DNA of 64,000 nt, from NCBI GenBank assembly GCA_040381555.1, contig JBEIHC010000002.1:2188-66187 (forward strand). The letters are read 5' to 3'. The notes below the pieces were generated by a model. It saw only the letters and a list, made by a program, of their open reading frames with translations. It made no database searches and was not told the DNA's origin. Below, in pieces: positions 1 through 9,019 of this stretch (the first letter of the stretch is position 1; each line of letters starts with the position of its first letter). A program made the position numbers and the translations under genes. The stretch comes from Bacteroidia bacterium. Lineage in GTDB: Bacteria; Bacteroidota; Bacteroidia; J057; RFSG01.

Positions 1-230
1 CCAGGCACTTCGATACGACCCTTTTATATGTTTCATTAAATGATAGAGTTGGGGCAAGGGTCTACTCAGTGACCGGGCTAGCATACCTGCCGAAATCAGG
101 TATTCTGTGCCTTAAAAGGATATACTTTCATTTTTGTCATTTACTAAGTCCTACATTTAAATGATAAATATCTGGATATTTTACCCACTTGAAATTGCGA
201 AGAGCCAAATTAGAGAATATCCTAAAACTA

Positions 231-2549
231 TTACCCTACTCTATCGGTCCTAGGCTTCATGATTAATATAGAACGACCAGAGGAAACAATGGGGCTATTT
301 GAATCAAGTAAATCTCTCCAAGCTTCTAAGCTGAGAATTACCAGATCTGTATTCTCTGTATTATCAGTAAAATTAGATAATTGAATTGTTGAAAAACGAG
401 CCGGTGCTTTTTTCTCCAAAAGCATTTTGCGTGCCTGTGTAACGGGGTCTTTTTGGATTACATTATTTTGATCGAATAAGCAGATATTTGTTTCACTATT
501 TTGAATAAACATCTCTAAAAATTCAAAAATAAAAACATCTTCAGCATATAAAACAGGCATTAAAATAGTTTCGATTTTTTGTAGGTTTTTATCAATTAAA
601 ATACCGGTAGGGATGCGGGTATTCTTGAGGATTTGCCGGGTTTTCTCATCGAACAAATGAGAATCGTCCAAGATATTATTGCTACTGGAGAAAGACTCAA
701 TTACTTTTCCTGGATTAATTAATCGAGTGGTAAAGCCCAATACTCTTCCTAATACAGTACCCTCAAACATAGATTTACCTACGCCGATTAATAAAAGATC
801 AAACCGACCTTCGTCTGCTGTATCTGCAATTTCACGGCTTATATCTTGAGCTGGTTTAAAGAAGGTAATAACGGGCATTTCTAACCTTCTGGATTCTGCT
901 TTAATTAATTTAAAATTCTCCTGCTCATATTCTTGAATATTGAATTGATTTAAGTCTGTACTGGGGGATAGGTGCATTGCGGTAATACTCGCGTTCTCTG
1001 GGTCTTTTTTGACCATATTCCCCGCAATTCTTAACATAGATCTTCCCTTACGAGGATTAGCAAAGGCGATCAGAATAGAATAATGTTTTTGCAATTCTGG
1101 TAAAACATTTTCGACGAATACAGATTTATCTGGAATAAACCGATTGATTAAATCTAAAGCTGGACCAGTCATTACAGTAGTTACCAGCGCCATTAATACC
1201 ATCATGGTAAATATACCAGCATCCAACACACCTAGGTCAAACCCGATATTTAACACCACCAATTCCATTAATCCACGCGCATTCATTAAGGCACCAATAG
1301 TCAGACTTTCTTTCCAATTAATGCCGGCAAATCTGGCGGTAACAGCACTTCCTAAAAACTTTCCAGTTACAGCTACCAGAATGATTGCAGCACTTACTTT
1401 CCAAAGATGGATATCGTTAAGCAAACCAATTTCCGTTCTCAAACCAGTAAACACAAAGAACAAGGGCAAGAGCATGACAACGGCAATGTCTTCTGTTTTT
1501 TCAATAAACAAACTACGAAAGTTAGCCCGAGCAGGCATTATCACCCCGGCAACAAATGCACCAAACAGAGCATGAATTCCTATTACCTCCGTCATGTAGG
1601 CAGATGCCAGAAGTACAATAAAGAATATGCCTACTACAGGCTTGGAAAGATTTTCTTTGTGAGAATAAATATCTCCCAATCTTTTAAGAAATGGCTGAAC
1701 CAAAGTGAACATTATGACCACATATAATCCTGCTAATAGAATAGTATATAGGGAAGACACAAAACTCCCAGCCTTTACGATGGCAATCACAGCAGCTAAC
1801 AAACACCAAGCAGTAATGTCATCCACAGCAGCACAGGTAATGGCCATGCTGCCTACCTTGGATTGTGCCATGCCTCTTTCCTGAATAATGCGTGCTAAAA
1901 CAGGGAATGCTGTTATGCTCATTGAAATTCCGAGAAAAAGCGCGAATGCTAAAAACTGAACTCCTTCTGGTGCAAACTCCTCATATAAAAAGTAGGCTAG
2001 ACCGGCCCCTAAGGTAAATGGAATTACAATACTGGCATGGCTGATAACCAAGGCATCATTAGCTCGCTTCTTTAAAATATCGAGATCCAATTCCATTCCG
2101 ATGACAAACATGAATAAAATGAGGCCGATTTGACTTAAGAATTGAAGATTTCCCAGTGAGCTAACAGGAAACACCGTCGCTGAAAATTCAGGAAAATAGC
2201 TACCAATAAAGGAGGGGCCTAAAAAAATACCTGCGAAAATTTCTCCAATAACGGTAGGTTGCCCGATGCGTTTGCATACATATCCAAAAATCCGGGCCGC
2301 AACGATTATCGTAATAATCTGAAGCAGCAGTAGTGCGAGTGGATGTTCTAGATTGTGTAATAAAGTATCCAGAAATTGATGCCATTGTTCGGCAAATCCT
2401 GGTATTGAGTCTTGGACATCTGCAGTGGTTTGCAATCCGGCACCCAGGGAAAAAATCAAATAGGTAAAACAAAGCCCTCCCCCAATGAGCAATACATAAA
2501 TGATGATATGTTTGTATTTAGCCGGCATGCTATCAACAAAAATAAGCAT
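231..2549 (-). CDS. Cation:proton antiporter, CPA2 (Kef/NapA-like Na+ or K+/H+ exchanger) with long cytoplasmic C-terminal domain
   Basis: 772-aa ORF. The N-terminal ~430 aa are a run of hydrophobic helices with the typical Na_H_exchanger pattern (GEIFAGIFLGPS, MELDLDILKK). The C-terminal ~300 aa are soluble. Starts with ATG at 2549; an alternative ATG lies at 2528. Confidence 0.8.
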   Translation of the reverse strand: MLIFVDSMPAKYKHIIIYVLLIGGGLCFTYLIFSLGAGLQTTADVQDSIPGFAEQWHQFLDTLLHNLEHPLALLLLQIITIIVAARIFGYVCKRIGQPTVIGEIFAGIFLGPSFIGSYFPEFSATVFPVSSLGNLQFLSQIGLILFMFVIGMELDLDILKKRANDALVISHASIVIPFTLGAGLAYFLYEEFAPEGVQFLAFALFLGISMSITAFPVLARIIQERGMAQSKVGSMAITCAAVDDITAWCLLAAVIAIVKAGSFVSSLYTILLAGLYVVIMFTLVQPFLKRLGDIYSHKENLSKPVVGIFFIVLLASAYMTEVIGIHALFGAFVAGVIMPARANFRSLFIEKTEDIAVVMLLPLFFVFTGLRTEIGLLNDIHLWKVSAAIILVAVTGKFLGSAVTARFAGINWKESLTIGALMNARGLMELVVLNIGFDLGVLDAGIFTMMVLMALVTTVMTGPALDLINRFIPDKSVFVENVLPELQKHYSILIAFANPRKGRSMLRIAGNMVKKDPENASITAMHLSPSTDLNQFNIQEYEQENFKLIKAESRRLEMPVITFFKPAQDISREIADTADEGRFDLLLIGVGKSMFEGTVLGRVLGFTTRLINPGKVIESFSSSNNILDDSHLFDEKTRQILKNTRIPTGILIDKNLQKIETILMPVLYAEDVFIFEFLEMFIQNSETNICLFDQNNVIQKDPVTQARKMLLEKKAPARFSTIQLSNFTDNTENTDLVILSLEAWRDLLDSNSPIVSSGRSILIMKPRTDRVG

Positions 2550-2658
2550 TCGGAAAGGCTTTTCCTAATTGTAACAGGCAGTTACAGCATACTACCTTTT
2601 TTGTTCAAAAATTTAATCTAAAAGTAGAGTTTTGGCGATTTTCGCTCTGCAGAATCAT

Positions 2659-3168
2659 TTAAGTTTTTTTATATAAAGGAACGGTTGAGCAAGGTTCCCC
2701 ATAGGCGATTTTTTGAGCCAAAGGAATTAGGCGTCGCGTTAAATCGACATATACAGCAACCGGAACAAAAATCTCACTGCATCCTTTAATTACCATCTTT
2801 TGACCAGCATATACCGAAAAATCATGTTGATTTAATTCCCTGGTAAACAATTCAACTTCCAAGCTTTCAAGATTCCCAAAAATAAAATGGGGGGTAAAAG
2901 GGGTCAGTCGGGTGGCAATCAACATATAGGCCCAAGTGGGAATAATTGCCTCTGAACTACACCCAATGGCAACACATTTTCCAGCATATTGGCTCCAATT
3001 ATGTGCCTCAACCGTCTCCCGAAAATCCTTTTCTTTCAACATTAATTCCCGAAACAACCAATGTTTTATATCCAAAAACACCCTTTCGCCGGGAGTATAA
3101 TAATCTGCAAGATTAAAAGTAATAAGCCCACTGGACGCCACTCGATTGATAATTTCTCCTGAATTCAT
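2659..3168 (-). CDS. DUF2480 family protein (Bacteroidota-conserved, function unknown)
   Basis: 169-aa ORF. The sequence pattern (LITFNLADYY...ERVFLDIK...LREKDFR...) matches my memory of the DUF2480 family. No search was run. Confidence 0.6.
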   Translation of the reverse strand: MNSGEIINRVASSGLITFNLADYYTPGERVFLDIKHWLFRELMLKEKDFRETVEAHNWSQYAGKCVAIGCSSEAIIPTWAYMLIATRLTPFTPHFIFGNLESLEVELFTRELNQHDFSVYAGQKMVIKGCSEIFVPVAVYVDLTRRLIPLAQKIAYGEPCSTVPLYKKT

Positions 3169-3283
3169 GCCTTACATTACGATTATTTATACTGCAAAGT
3201 TAACCTGTGCAAGGTATAATTGGTTCGCTGCTTACATGCGGTAATGGTAATTAATCCTAACACAACCTGTATATTTGTCGTGA

Positions 3284-4333
3284 ATGACTCCCTTGGCAAT
3301 GAAAGGAACAGATTTTATCAAAATTGACATACATGCTCATATAATGCCAGAGCATTATCCGGACCTTAAACAGAAATTTGGGTATGGAGGATTCATTTAT
3401 CTGGACCACCATAAGCCGGATGCAGCCCGGATGATGCGAGATGATGGAAGATTTTTTAGAGAAATCCAACGAAACTGTTGGGATCCGGAATGGATTCTGA
3501 AGGATATGGATGCCAATGGAGTAGATGTAATGGTACTCTGCACAATCCCTGTTTTATTCAGTTATTGGGCAAAACCCGATGATTGCTTGTATTGGTCGCA
3601 GATGTTGAATGACCACTTAGCAGAAGTGGTACAAAAATATCCGAAGCGATTCATAGGCTTGGGCACAGTTCCCATGCAAGCACCTGATTTAGCTTCCAAA
3701 GAGTTGGAACGATGTATGACCCAACTCGGACTTAAGGGAGCTGAAATTGGAACAAACATCAACCAAAAGAACCTGCATGAACCTGAGTTTTATCCTTTCT
3801 GGGAAGCGGCTCAGTCTTTACAGGCTGCATTATTGGTGCACCCTTGGGACATGATGGGAGAATCCGATATGACTAAGTACTGGTTGCCCTGGCTTGTTGG
3901 TATGCCTGCAGAGTGTTCCCGAGCCATTTGCTCTATGATATTTGGAGGTATCTTTGATCGCTACCCTCAACTGAAGGTGATGTTTTGCCATGGGGGGGGA
4001 TCATTTCCGGCGACCTTAGGCAGAATTCAGCATGGCTATAATTGCCGTCCAGATTTATGTGCCATTGATGTTCAAGCTGGTCCTCGTTCTTATATCCGTA
4101 ATTTCTGGGTGGATGGAATTACCCATGACCTCAAAACTTTAGAGTTTTTAATTGACCTGATGGGTGCAGATCGCATAGCTTATGGTACCGATTATCCCTT
4201 TCCCTTGGGAGATTTAGAACATGGCGAATTTATTGAATCGGCCACTGGTATGACTTTAGACACAAAACAACAATTGCTCGCAGGAACTGCAGTAGAGTTT
4301 TTAGGAATATCTTTAAAGGATTATTTGTCCTAA
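3284..4333 (+). CDS. Amidohydrolase_2 family decarboxylase, 2-amino-3-carboxymuconate-6-semialdehyde decarboxylase (ACMSD)-like
   Basis: 349-aa ORF with the N-terminal metal-binding motif IDIHAHIMP followed by PDLKQKFGYGGF, which closely resembles animal ACMSD (MKIDIHSHILP...FGYGGW). Later HPWD and CHGGG motifs are present. The true start may be the ATG at 3299. Confidence 0.75.
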   Translation: MTPLAMKGTDFIKIDIHAHIMPEHYPDLKQKFGYGGFIYLDHHKPDAARMMRDDGRFFREIQRNCWDPEWILKDMDANGVDVMVLCTIPVLFSYWAKPDDCLYWSQMLNDHLAEVVQKYPKRFIGLGTVPMQAPDLASKELERCMTQLGLKGAEIGTNINQKNLHEPEFYPFWEAAQSLQAALLVHPWDMMGESDMTKYWLPWLVGMPAECSRAICSMIFGGIFDRYPQLKVMFCHGGGSFPATLGRIQHGYNCRPDLCAIDVQAGPRSYIRNFWVDGITHDLKTLEFLIDLMGADRIAYGTDYPFPLGDLEHGEFIESATGMTLDTKQQLLAGTAVEFLGISLKDYLS

Positions 4334-4749
4334 TTCATGGCAAATAAATCGCTTAATCTTATAAGTCAAATCAGCTCCTGCAATTTCGGTCTGGTTAATC
4401 TCAACTTTCTTCCAGCTCAAAGTTTATTTCCGGACACACACACGGCTTCCGAAACCGAGGTACTGTACCGCTATAGTTTTTGCCTTTTGACCAAAGGCTA
4501 ATCTCGAGATCAAAGCCCAAAAGAAATGCGGAAAATACAGGTAGGGCATAAGGCTAATCGGAACAACCTAAAAAAATCAGGGCAACTTTGGTTAACGGGA
4601 CATTTTAATTTTGAATCAATCAATATACCTGAAAAGCAGCGCGGTGTGGAGAACCTTGGGCTTCACGCACAGAAAATAACAGGAGCTAAAAACGAACTAA
4701 AAAGCATTTTAAAAAGTTAAATAACAATATTTATTATTTAATAATTTAT

Positions 4750-5226
4750 ATGAAAAAGAACCTCAATGCAATTGGATTAGACAGTATCCAATCAAAAAAA
4801 CTAACAGAGCAGTTAAACTTGCTATTGGCCAACTATCAGGTTTTTTACATGAATACTAGGGGGTTTCATTGGAACATTACCGGTGAAAAGTTTTTTGAGC
4901 TGCACTTAAAATTTGAAGAGTTATATACCTCAGCCTTATTGAAGATAGATGAGATTGCTGAGAGAATTTTGACTTTGGGAGAAACGCCGCTGCACAGTTT
5001 TTCAGAATACATAGAGGCATCTCAGATTAAAGAAGTTAAAGGAGTTAGCAAGGGGCCTGAAGCTGTTAAAAATGTATTGGAGAGCTTTAAAACTTTGTTG
5101 AAAAAGGAAAGAATGATTTTAGAATTGGCTGCGGCAGCCGGCGATGAGGGAACCAATGCTCTGATGTCAGATTATATTCGAGAAAAAGAGAAATTGGTGT
5201 GGATGTATTCTGCTTTTCAGAAATAA
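4750..5226 (+). CDS. dps: Dps, DNA starvation/stationary-phase protection protein (ferritin-like)
   Basis: 158 aa. Typical Dps N-terminus (LNLLLANYQVFYMNTRGFHWNITG..FFELHLKFEELY) and four-helix-bundle length. Confidence 0.9.
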   Translation: MKKNLNAIGLDSIQSKKLTEQLNLLLANYQVFYMNTRGFHWNITGEKFFELHLKFEELYTSALLKIDEIAERILTLGETPLHSFSEYIEASQIKEVKGVSKGPEAVKNVLESFKTLLKKERMILELAAAAGDEGTNALMSDYIREKEKLVWMYSAFQK

Positions 5227-6027
5227 ATGAATAGTTCAAGAGCGTTTAATGCTCCAACGGTTATCGTTGCAGGAGCAGGAGGGTTGAGTTATAGTATGCT
5301 CAGGGCCTTGTTGGGGAAGGAAGTTTTAGTAAAGGCTGTTATATCAAGAAATCCGGAACAGGCGAAAATCAAGCTTAATTTGCCACAACTAGAGATTCTT
5401 GATTATCAGGCGAAGAATTTGGTGGCGGATATATTGATATTGGCAGTGCCGGATGGAAAATTAGTTGAAACAGCCCAGCAGGTATGTGATCAAAATTCGA
5501 TTGGATGCGTGGTGCATTGTTCGGGGTCAGCTGGGGTGCATATTCTTCAGGGTATTTTACCTGATTATGGGGTGGTTTATCCACTCCAAACCTTTACCCC
5601 GGGCCGTGAGGTTAGTTTTGATGATTTGCCTGTTTTTTGGGAGTCAGGATCAAGTAAATCAGCTGAAATAGTTCGGCATTTTTCAGAGATTTTATCTTCT
5701 CGAAGCAAACTTTTGGATTCAGAATCCAGAGCTTTGGTGCATACGGGAGCTGTTTTCGCTAATAATTTCAATAATTTTTTAGCCTTGATAGCTACTCATT
5801 TTGCAGAAAAAGCGGGTCAAAATCCAGGCATTTATCAGCCTATTTTAGAGGAAACCTTATCGAAATTGCGCGTCATTTCACCCGATAAGGCTCAAACTGG
5901 ACCAGCCCGAAGAGGAGATAAAGAAACAATAGAACGGCATTTGGGCATTCTGAAGGCACATTTTCCCGAATGGCAACCTTTATATGAGGAGTTTTCAAAC
6001 CTGATTGAAAAAACTGATTGGAAATGA
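5227..6027 (+). CDS. Rossmann-like / DUF2520 domain protein (putative NADP oxidoreductase-like)
   Basis: 266 aa. N-terminal GAGG Rossmann turn (VIVAGAGGLS) and a C-terminal GPARRGD motif typical of DUF2520. The start abuts the dps stop. Confidence 0.6.
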   Translation: MNSSRAFNAPTVIVAGAGGLSYSMLRALLGKEVLVKAVISRNPEQAKIKLNLPQLEILDYQAKNLVADILILAVPDGKLVETAQQVCDQNSIGCVVHCSGSAGVHILQGILPDYGVVYPLQTFTPGREVSFDDLPVFWESGSSKSAEIVRHFSEILSSRSKLLDSESRALVHTGAVFANNFNNFLALIATHFAEKAGQNPGIYQPILEETLSKLRVISPDKAQTGPARRGDKETIERHLGILKAHFPEWQPLYEEFSNLIEKTDWK

Positions 6028-6165
6028 AAATGCCCAGGGATTGATGAGCACTTTAATCTATCGTTATGAAAACCGAAAAAACCGTTCGTACATTCAGGAT
6101 TTTTATTTTCGGCTTACATTTATTTGTTTTGTACCTCTGTTGAAAAAACGGAATTAGAAACTATT

Positions 6166-6903
6166 ATGTCAAAAGAAAAACAATTACCAGAAGATACCGA
6201 AGTTCTCGAATCTGAAGATCAATTCGATGAAGTAGAGGAAACGACAGAAACAGAAGAAGTCTCTGAGCAGTCTGGTTTCATGAATTTGGTGCAACAGCAC
6301 CGCAATAATATACTGATTGGTGCCGGCGTGGCGTTAATTGCCATCTTATATTTTGCATTTTTCTCTACCGCGAATCCAGAAAAGGAAGATGAAGCAGGTA
6401 ATGCCATATTTATGGCCGTTCGTTACTACGAGGGAGACTCCTTAAATTTAGCCTTGAACGGAGATGGAACCAATCCTGGTCTATTAGACTTAGCCAATGA
6501 GTATAGTGGTACCCGTGCAGGAAATCTCTGTAACTTTTATATTGGGGCAATTTATCTTCGTCAGGGAAATGCGGCTGAAGCATTAAACTATTTTGATGCT
6601 GTAAAAAAAGAAGAAAACTTCATTGCTGCATCTTCTTATTCTGCCATGGCGTCCATCACGGAAGATCAGGGAGATATGAGTAGTGCGGCCGGATTATATG
6701 AGAAAGCGGCCGCTATTCGTAAAAATGAATACACTACTCCTTTCTTTTTGCAACAAGCCGCTAGATGTTATCTACAAGCTGAAGATAAAGATGCTGCCTT
6801 GCGTTTGTATAAGCGTATTCGCGAAGAGTATCCGAATAGTCAGGAAGGCCAGCAGGTTAATAAATACATAGCCTTTTTAGCTCCTGATGAGGAGTTAATG
6901 TAA
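6166..6903 (+). CDS. Membrane-anchored tetratricopeptide-repeat protein (YfgM-like)
   Basis: Acidic N-terminus, one TM helix (ILIGAGVALIAILYFAFF), then TPR-like helices (GNAAEALNYFD, AALRLYKRIREEYPNS). The ATG at 6166 is preferred over the TTG at 6124. Confidence 0.6.
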   Translation: MSKEKQLPEDTEVLESEDQFDEVEETTETEEVSEQSGFMNLVQQHRNNILIGAGVALIAILYFAFFSTANPEKEDEAGNAIFMAVRYYEGDSLNLALNGDGTNPGLLDLANEYSGTRAGNLCNFYIGAIYLRQGNAAEALNYFDAVKKEENFIAASSYSAMASITEDQGDMSSAAGLYEKAAAIRKNEYTTPFFLQQAARCYLQAEDKDAALRLYKRIREEYPNSQEGQQVNKYIAFLAPDEELM

Positions 6904-6909
6904 TTAGTT

Positions 6910-7398
6910 ATGTCTGGTCATGATCTTAGCGGAATTAGGTACACTGCCGGATTATCGCATGAGATAGATAGAATCATCATTGTTACCAGTAAATGGAATC
7001 CGGAAGTTACCGGAGCCATGCGTGAGGCGGCTATAATTGCTTTATCTGAAGCTGGCGTTTTAAACGAGAATATTATTCTAAAAGATGTCCCCGGGACTTA
7101 TGAGTTAGCCTTAGGAGCTGCCTGGGCGCTAGAGCATGAGCAAGTAGATGCTGTTATTTGCATCGGCTGTGTGATTCAAGGCGAGACAAGACATTTTGAT
7201 TTTATTTGTGAAGCTGCCGCCCAAGGAATTATGCGACTTGGCTTAGATTATCAGAAGCCTGTTGTTTTTGGTGTGTTAACTCCAAACTCACAGCAGCAGG
7301 CATTAGATCGAGCAGGCGGGAAGTATGGAAATAAAGGGACGGAAGCTGCTATTGCGGCATTGGAAATGATTGACCTTCGTCGAGAATTTCGGCATTAA
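6910..7398 (+). CDS. ribH: 6,7-dimethyl-8-ribityllumazine synthase
   Basis: 162 aa. Motifs IIVTSKWNPEVT, VPGTYELA, GCVIQGETRHFDFI and KGTEAA are diagnostic of lumazine synthase. Confidence 0.92.
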   Translation: MSGHDLSGIRYTAGLSHEIDRIIIVTSKWNPEVTGAMREAAIIALSEAGVLNENIILKDVPGTYELALGAAWALEHEQVDAVICIGCVIQGETRHFDFICEAAAQGIMRLGLDYQKPVVFGVLTPNSQQQALDRAGGKYGNKGTEAAIAALEMIDLRREFRH

Positions 7399-7403
7399 TA
7401 AAA

Positions 7404-7748
7404 ATGAATGACCCAATCATTCAACAGGATTTTTTTGAACGAGTGTATGAAGTGGTCAGACTCATTCCGTATGGTAGGGTGAGTACCTATGGGGCTGTAG
7501 GCAAATATCTTGGCTCAGGTAGAAGTGCCCGCATGGTAGGGTGGGCAATGAATAATTGTCACCAAAAAGAGTTGAATGTCCCCGCTCACAGAGTTGTCAA
7601 TCGCAATGGATTGTTAACTGGCAGACACTTTTTTGTAGAAACCCCAATGGATGTCCTGCTTCAGAAAGAGGGTATTTTGGTAAAGGAATATCAGATTCAA
7701 GATTTTAAAAGACACTTTTGGGACCCAAGTATTGAACTGGCACTTTAA
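7404..7748 (+). CDS. Alkyltransferase-like (ATL) protein: MGMT-family DNA-binding domain lacking the reactive cysteine
   Basis: 114 aa. It has the MGMT C-terminal fold motifs (IPYGRVSTYG...), but the active-site PCHRV motif reads PAHRVV (Cys replaced by Ala), as in known ATL proteins. Confidence 0.75.
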   Translation: MNDPIIQQDFFERVYEVVRLIPYGRVSTYGAVGKYLGSGRSARMVGWAMNNCHQKELNVPAHRVVNRNGLLTGRHFFVETPMDVLLQKEGILVKEYQIQDFKRHFWDPSIELAL

Positions 7749-7853
7749 CCGCTAAAATCGGATTTATTCAAAAAACTTAAGTTAACCTAGTCAGGCGATT
7801 TCTCAAATACAGGAATTACAAGGTATCTTTTTACTCAGCTCCTCATAAATCTT

Positions 7854-7861
7854 TACCTTTG
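7854..7861 (+). promoter_or_regulatory. Candidate Bacteroidota -7 promoter box (TACCTTTG, matches TAnnTTTG)
   Basis: The motif ends 4 nt before the GTG at 7866. If it is used, scpA mRNA would be nearly leaderless, or translation starts at the in-frame TTG at 7899. No clear -33 TTTG is visible. Confidence 0.25.
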
Positions 7862-7865
7862 CATT

Positions 7866-8660
7866 GTGAGTACTACCCCAGAAGGATATCAGATACAATT
7901 GCCCCAGTTTGAGGGACCATTTGATCTTTTACTGTTCTTTATTGAGCGGGATGAATTGGATATTTATGACATTCCAATTTATAAAATCACTACCGACTTT
8001 CTGGAGTATATTCACCAAATGGAGAAACTCAATATTGAGTTGGCTTCTGATTTTATTTTAACAGCTTCAACCCTGATGCATATCAAGGCTCGGATGCTAT
8101 TGCCTCGTCCGGAGCGAAATGAAGAGGGTGAAATTGTAGATCCACGAACAGAGCTGGTAGAGCGACTACTTGAATACAAGCGCTATAAGATGGTGCTGGA
8201 TCAGATCCAAAATCTGGAATCAGTTCGTCAGGATATGGTGGAAAGAGGTTTTACCCGGGATGAGCAGGAGTTATTCAAACAAGAGACCTCTCCTGAGCAA
8301 GAATTGTTTGGCTTGGATTTGTTTACCATATTAAAGACTTTCAAAAAGGTTCTGGAAAGACATCATGCAGAATTAGAAAAGCCGAAACATGTAATTCAAC
8401 CCCTTCCATACAAAATGGAAGAAGTAAAGCAGGAGATAAGCCAAAGAATTGTATCGCTTGGACGCATTGATTTTGTGACCTTAATTTTAGAACACAAGGA
8501 TCGTATGTTTACCATCTTTTGTTTTTTATCTGTATTGGAGATGGTGCAATTCAAGCAATTGAGTATTGTGATTGGGGAAGGATATAATAATTTCTGGTTG
8601 ATGCCTTATGCAGAGAGTGCTGGGGAAGAATCATCGGAAATTGAAATTTCCGAAAACTAA
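7866..8660 (+). CDS. scpA: Segregation and condensation protein A (kleisin)
   Basis: 264 aa. N-terminal FEGPFDLLLFFIERDELDIYDIPI is the ScpA signature. Start is GTG at 7866, or TTG at 7899. Confidence 0.85.
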   Translation: MSTTPEGYQIQLPQFEGPFDLLLFFIERDELDIYDIPIYKITTDFLEYIHQMEKLNIELASDFILTASTLMHIKARMLLPRPERNEEGEIVDPRTELVERLLEYKRYKMVLDQIQNLESVRQDMVERGFTRDEQELFKQETSPEQELFGLDLFTILKTFKKVLERHHAELEKPKHVIQPLPYKMEEVKQEISQRIVSLGRIDFVTLILEHKDRMFTIFCFLSVLEMVQFKQLSIVIGEGYNNFWLMPYAESAGEESSEIEISEN

Positions 8661-8789
8661 ACAGTACCGTTCGGTATCCGTTTTTAACACTTCAGTATGC
8701 TTTACTGACCATTCACCCTTCGCCTACAGATTAAAAAAATCAGTTCCGTATATTTGAATCAGTGATTTTTATAATACACAAGAGCAAGG

Positions 8790-8825
8790 GTTGGGGTGAT
8801 TCGTAAGAATCACCTTAACTTTTTT
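8790..8825 (+). terminator. Rho-independent terminator-like hairpin, copy 1 of a paired element
   Basis: GTTGGGGTGATTC (8790-8802) pairs with GAATCACCTTAAC (8807-8819). This is a 13-bp stem including 2 G-U pairs with a GTAA loop, followed by T6 (8820-8825). Confidence 0.6.
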
Positions 8826-8963
8826 ATAGAAGGGCTATTATGGGCGAATTGTTCCCGTTTAAACTGCCAAAAATCCCATTCACTTCCTTAAATCATCCAC
8901 CTGCCGGAAATTAGAATTTGTCTCAAGTGTAGTTTCTATTTTAGCATTGAGAAAAGAGCAAGG

Positions 8964-9010
8964 GTTAGGGTTGACTCCTCCATGTGAGTTGAGTCCCCTA
9001 ACTTTTTTTT
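8964..9010 (+). terminator. Rho-independent terminator-like hairpin, copy 2 of a paired element
   Basis: GTTAGGG (8964-8970) pairs with CCCTAAC (8996-9002), with an inner GACTC/GAGTC stem, followed by T8 (9003-9010). It lies 10 nt from the asnB-like stop on the other strand. Confidence 0.55.
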
Positions 9011-9019
9011 AGCCCGATT

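Noticed and set aside
1-21. ZTP (pfl) riboswitch start on the minus strand (GGGTCGTATCGAAGTGCCTGG)
   Set aside because: It shares only the GGGUCGU heptamer with the consensus. The following GACUGGCG is absent, and the sequence runs off the window.
1144-2621. Plus-strand ORFs of 69-143 aa (1144-1575, 1407-1727, 2412-2621), plus the minus-strand ORF 2200-2472 in a different frame, all overlapping the antiporter gene
   Set aside because: These are shadow ORFs, either opposite to or out of frame with a well-supported 772-aa membrane-protein gene. Their low-complexity composition mirrors the hydrophobic codons of that gene.
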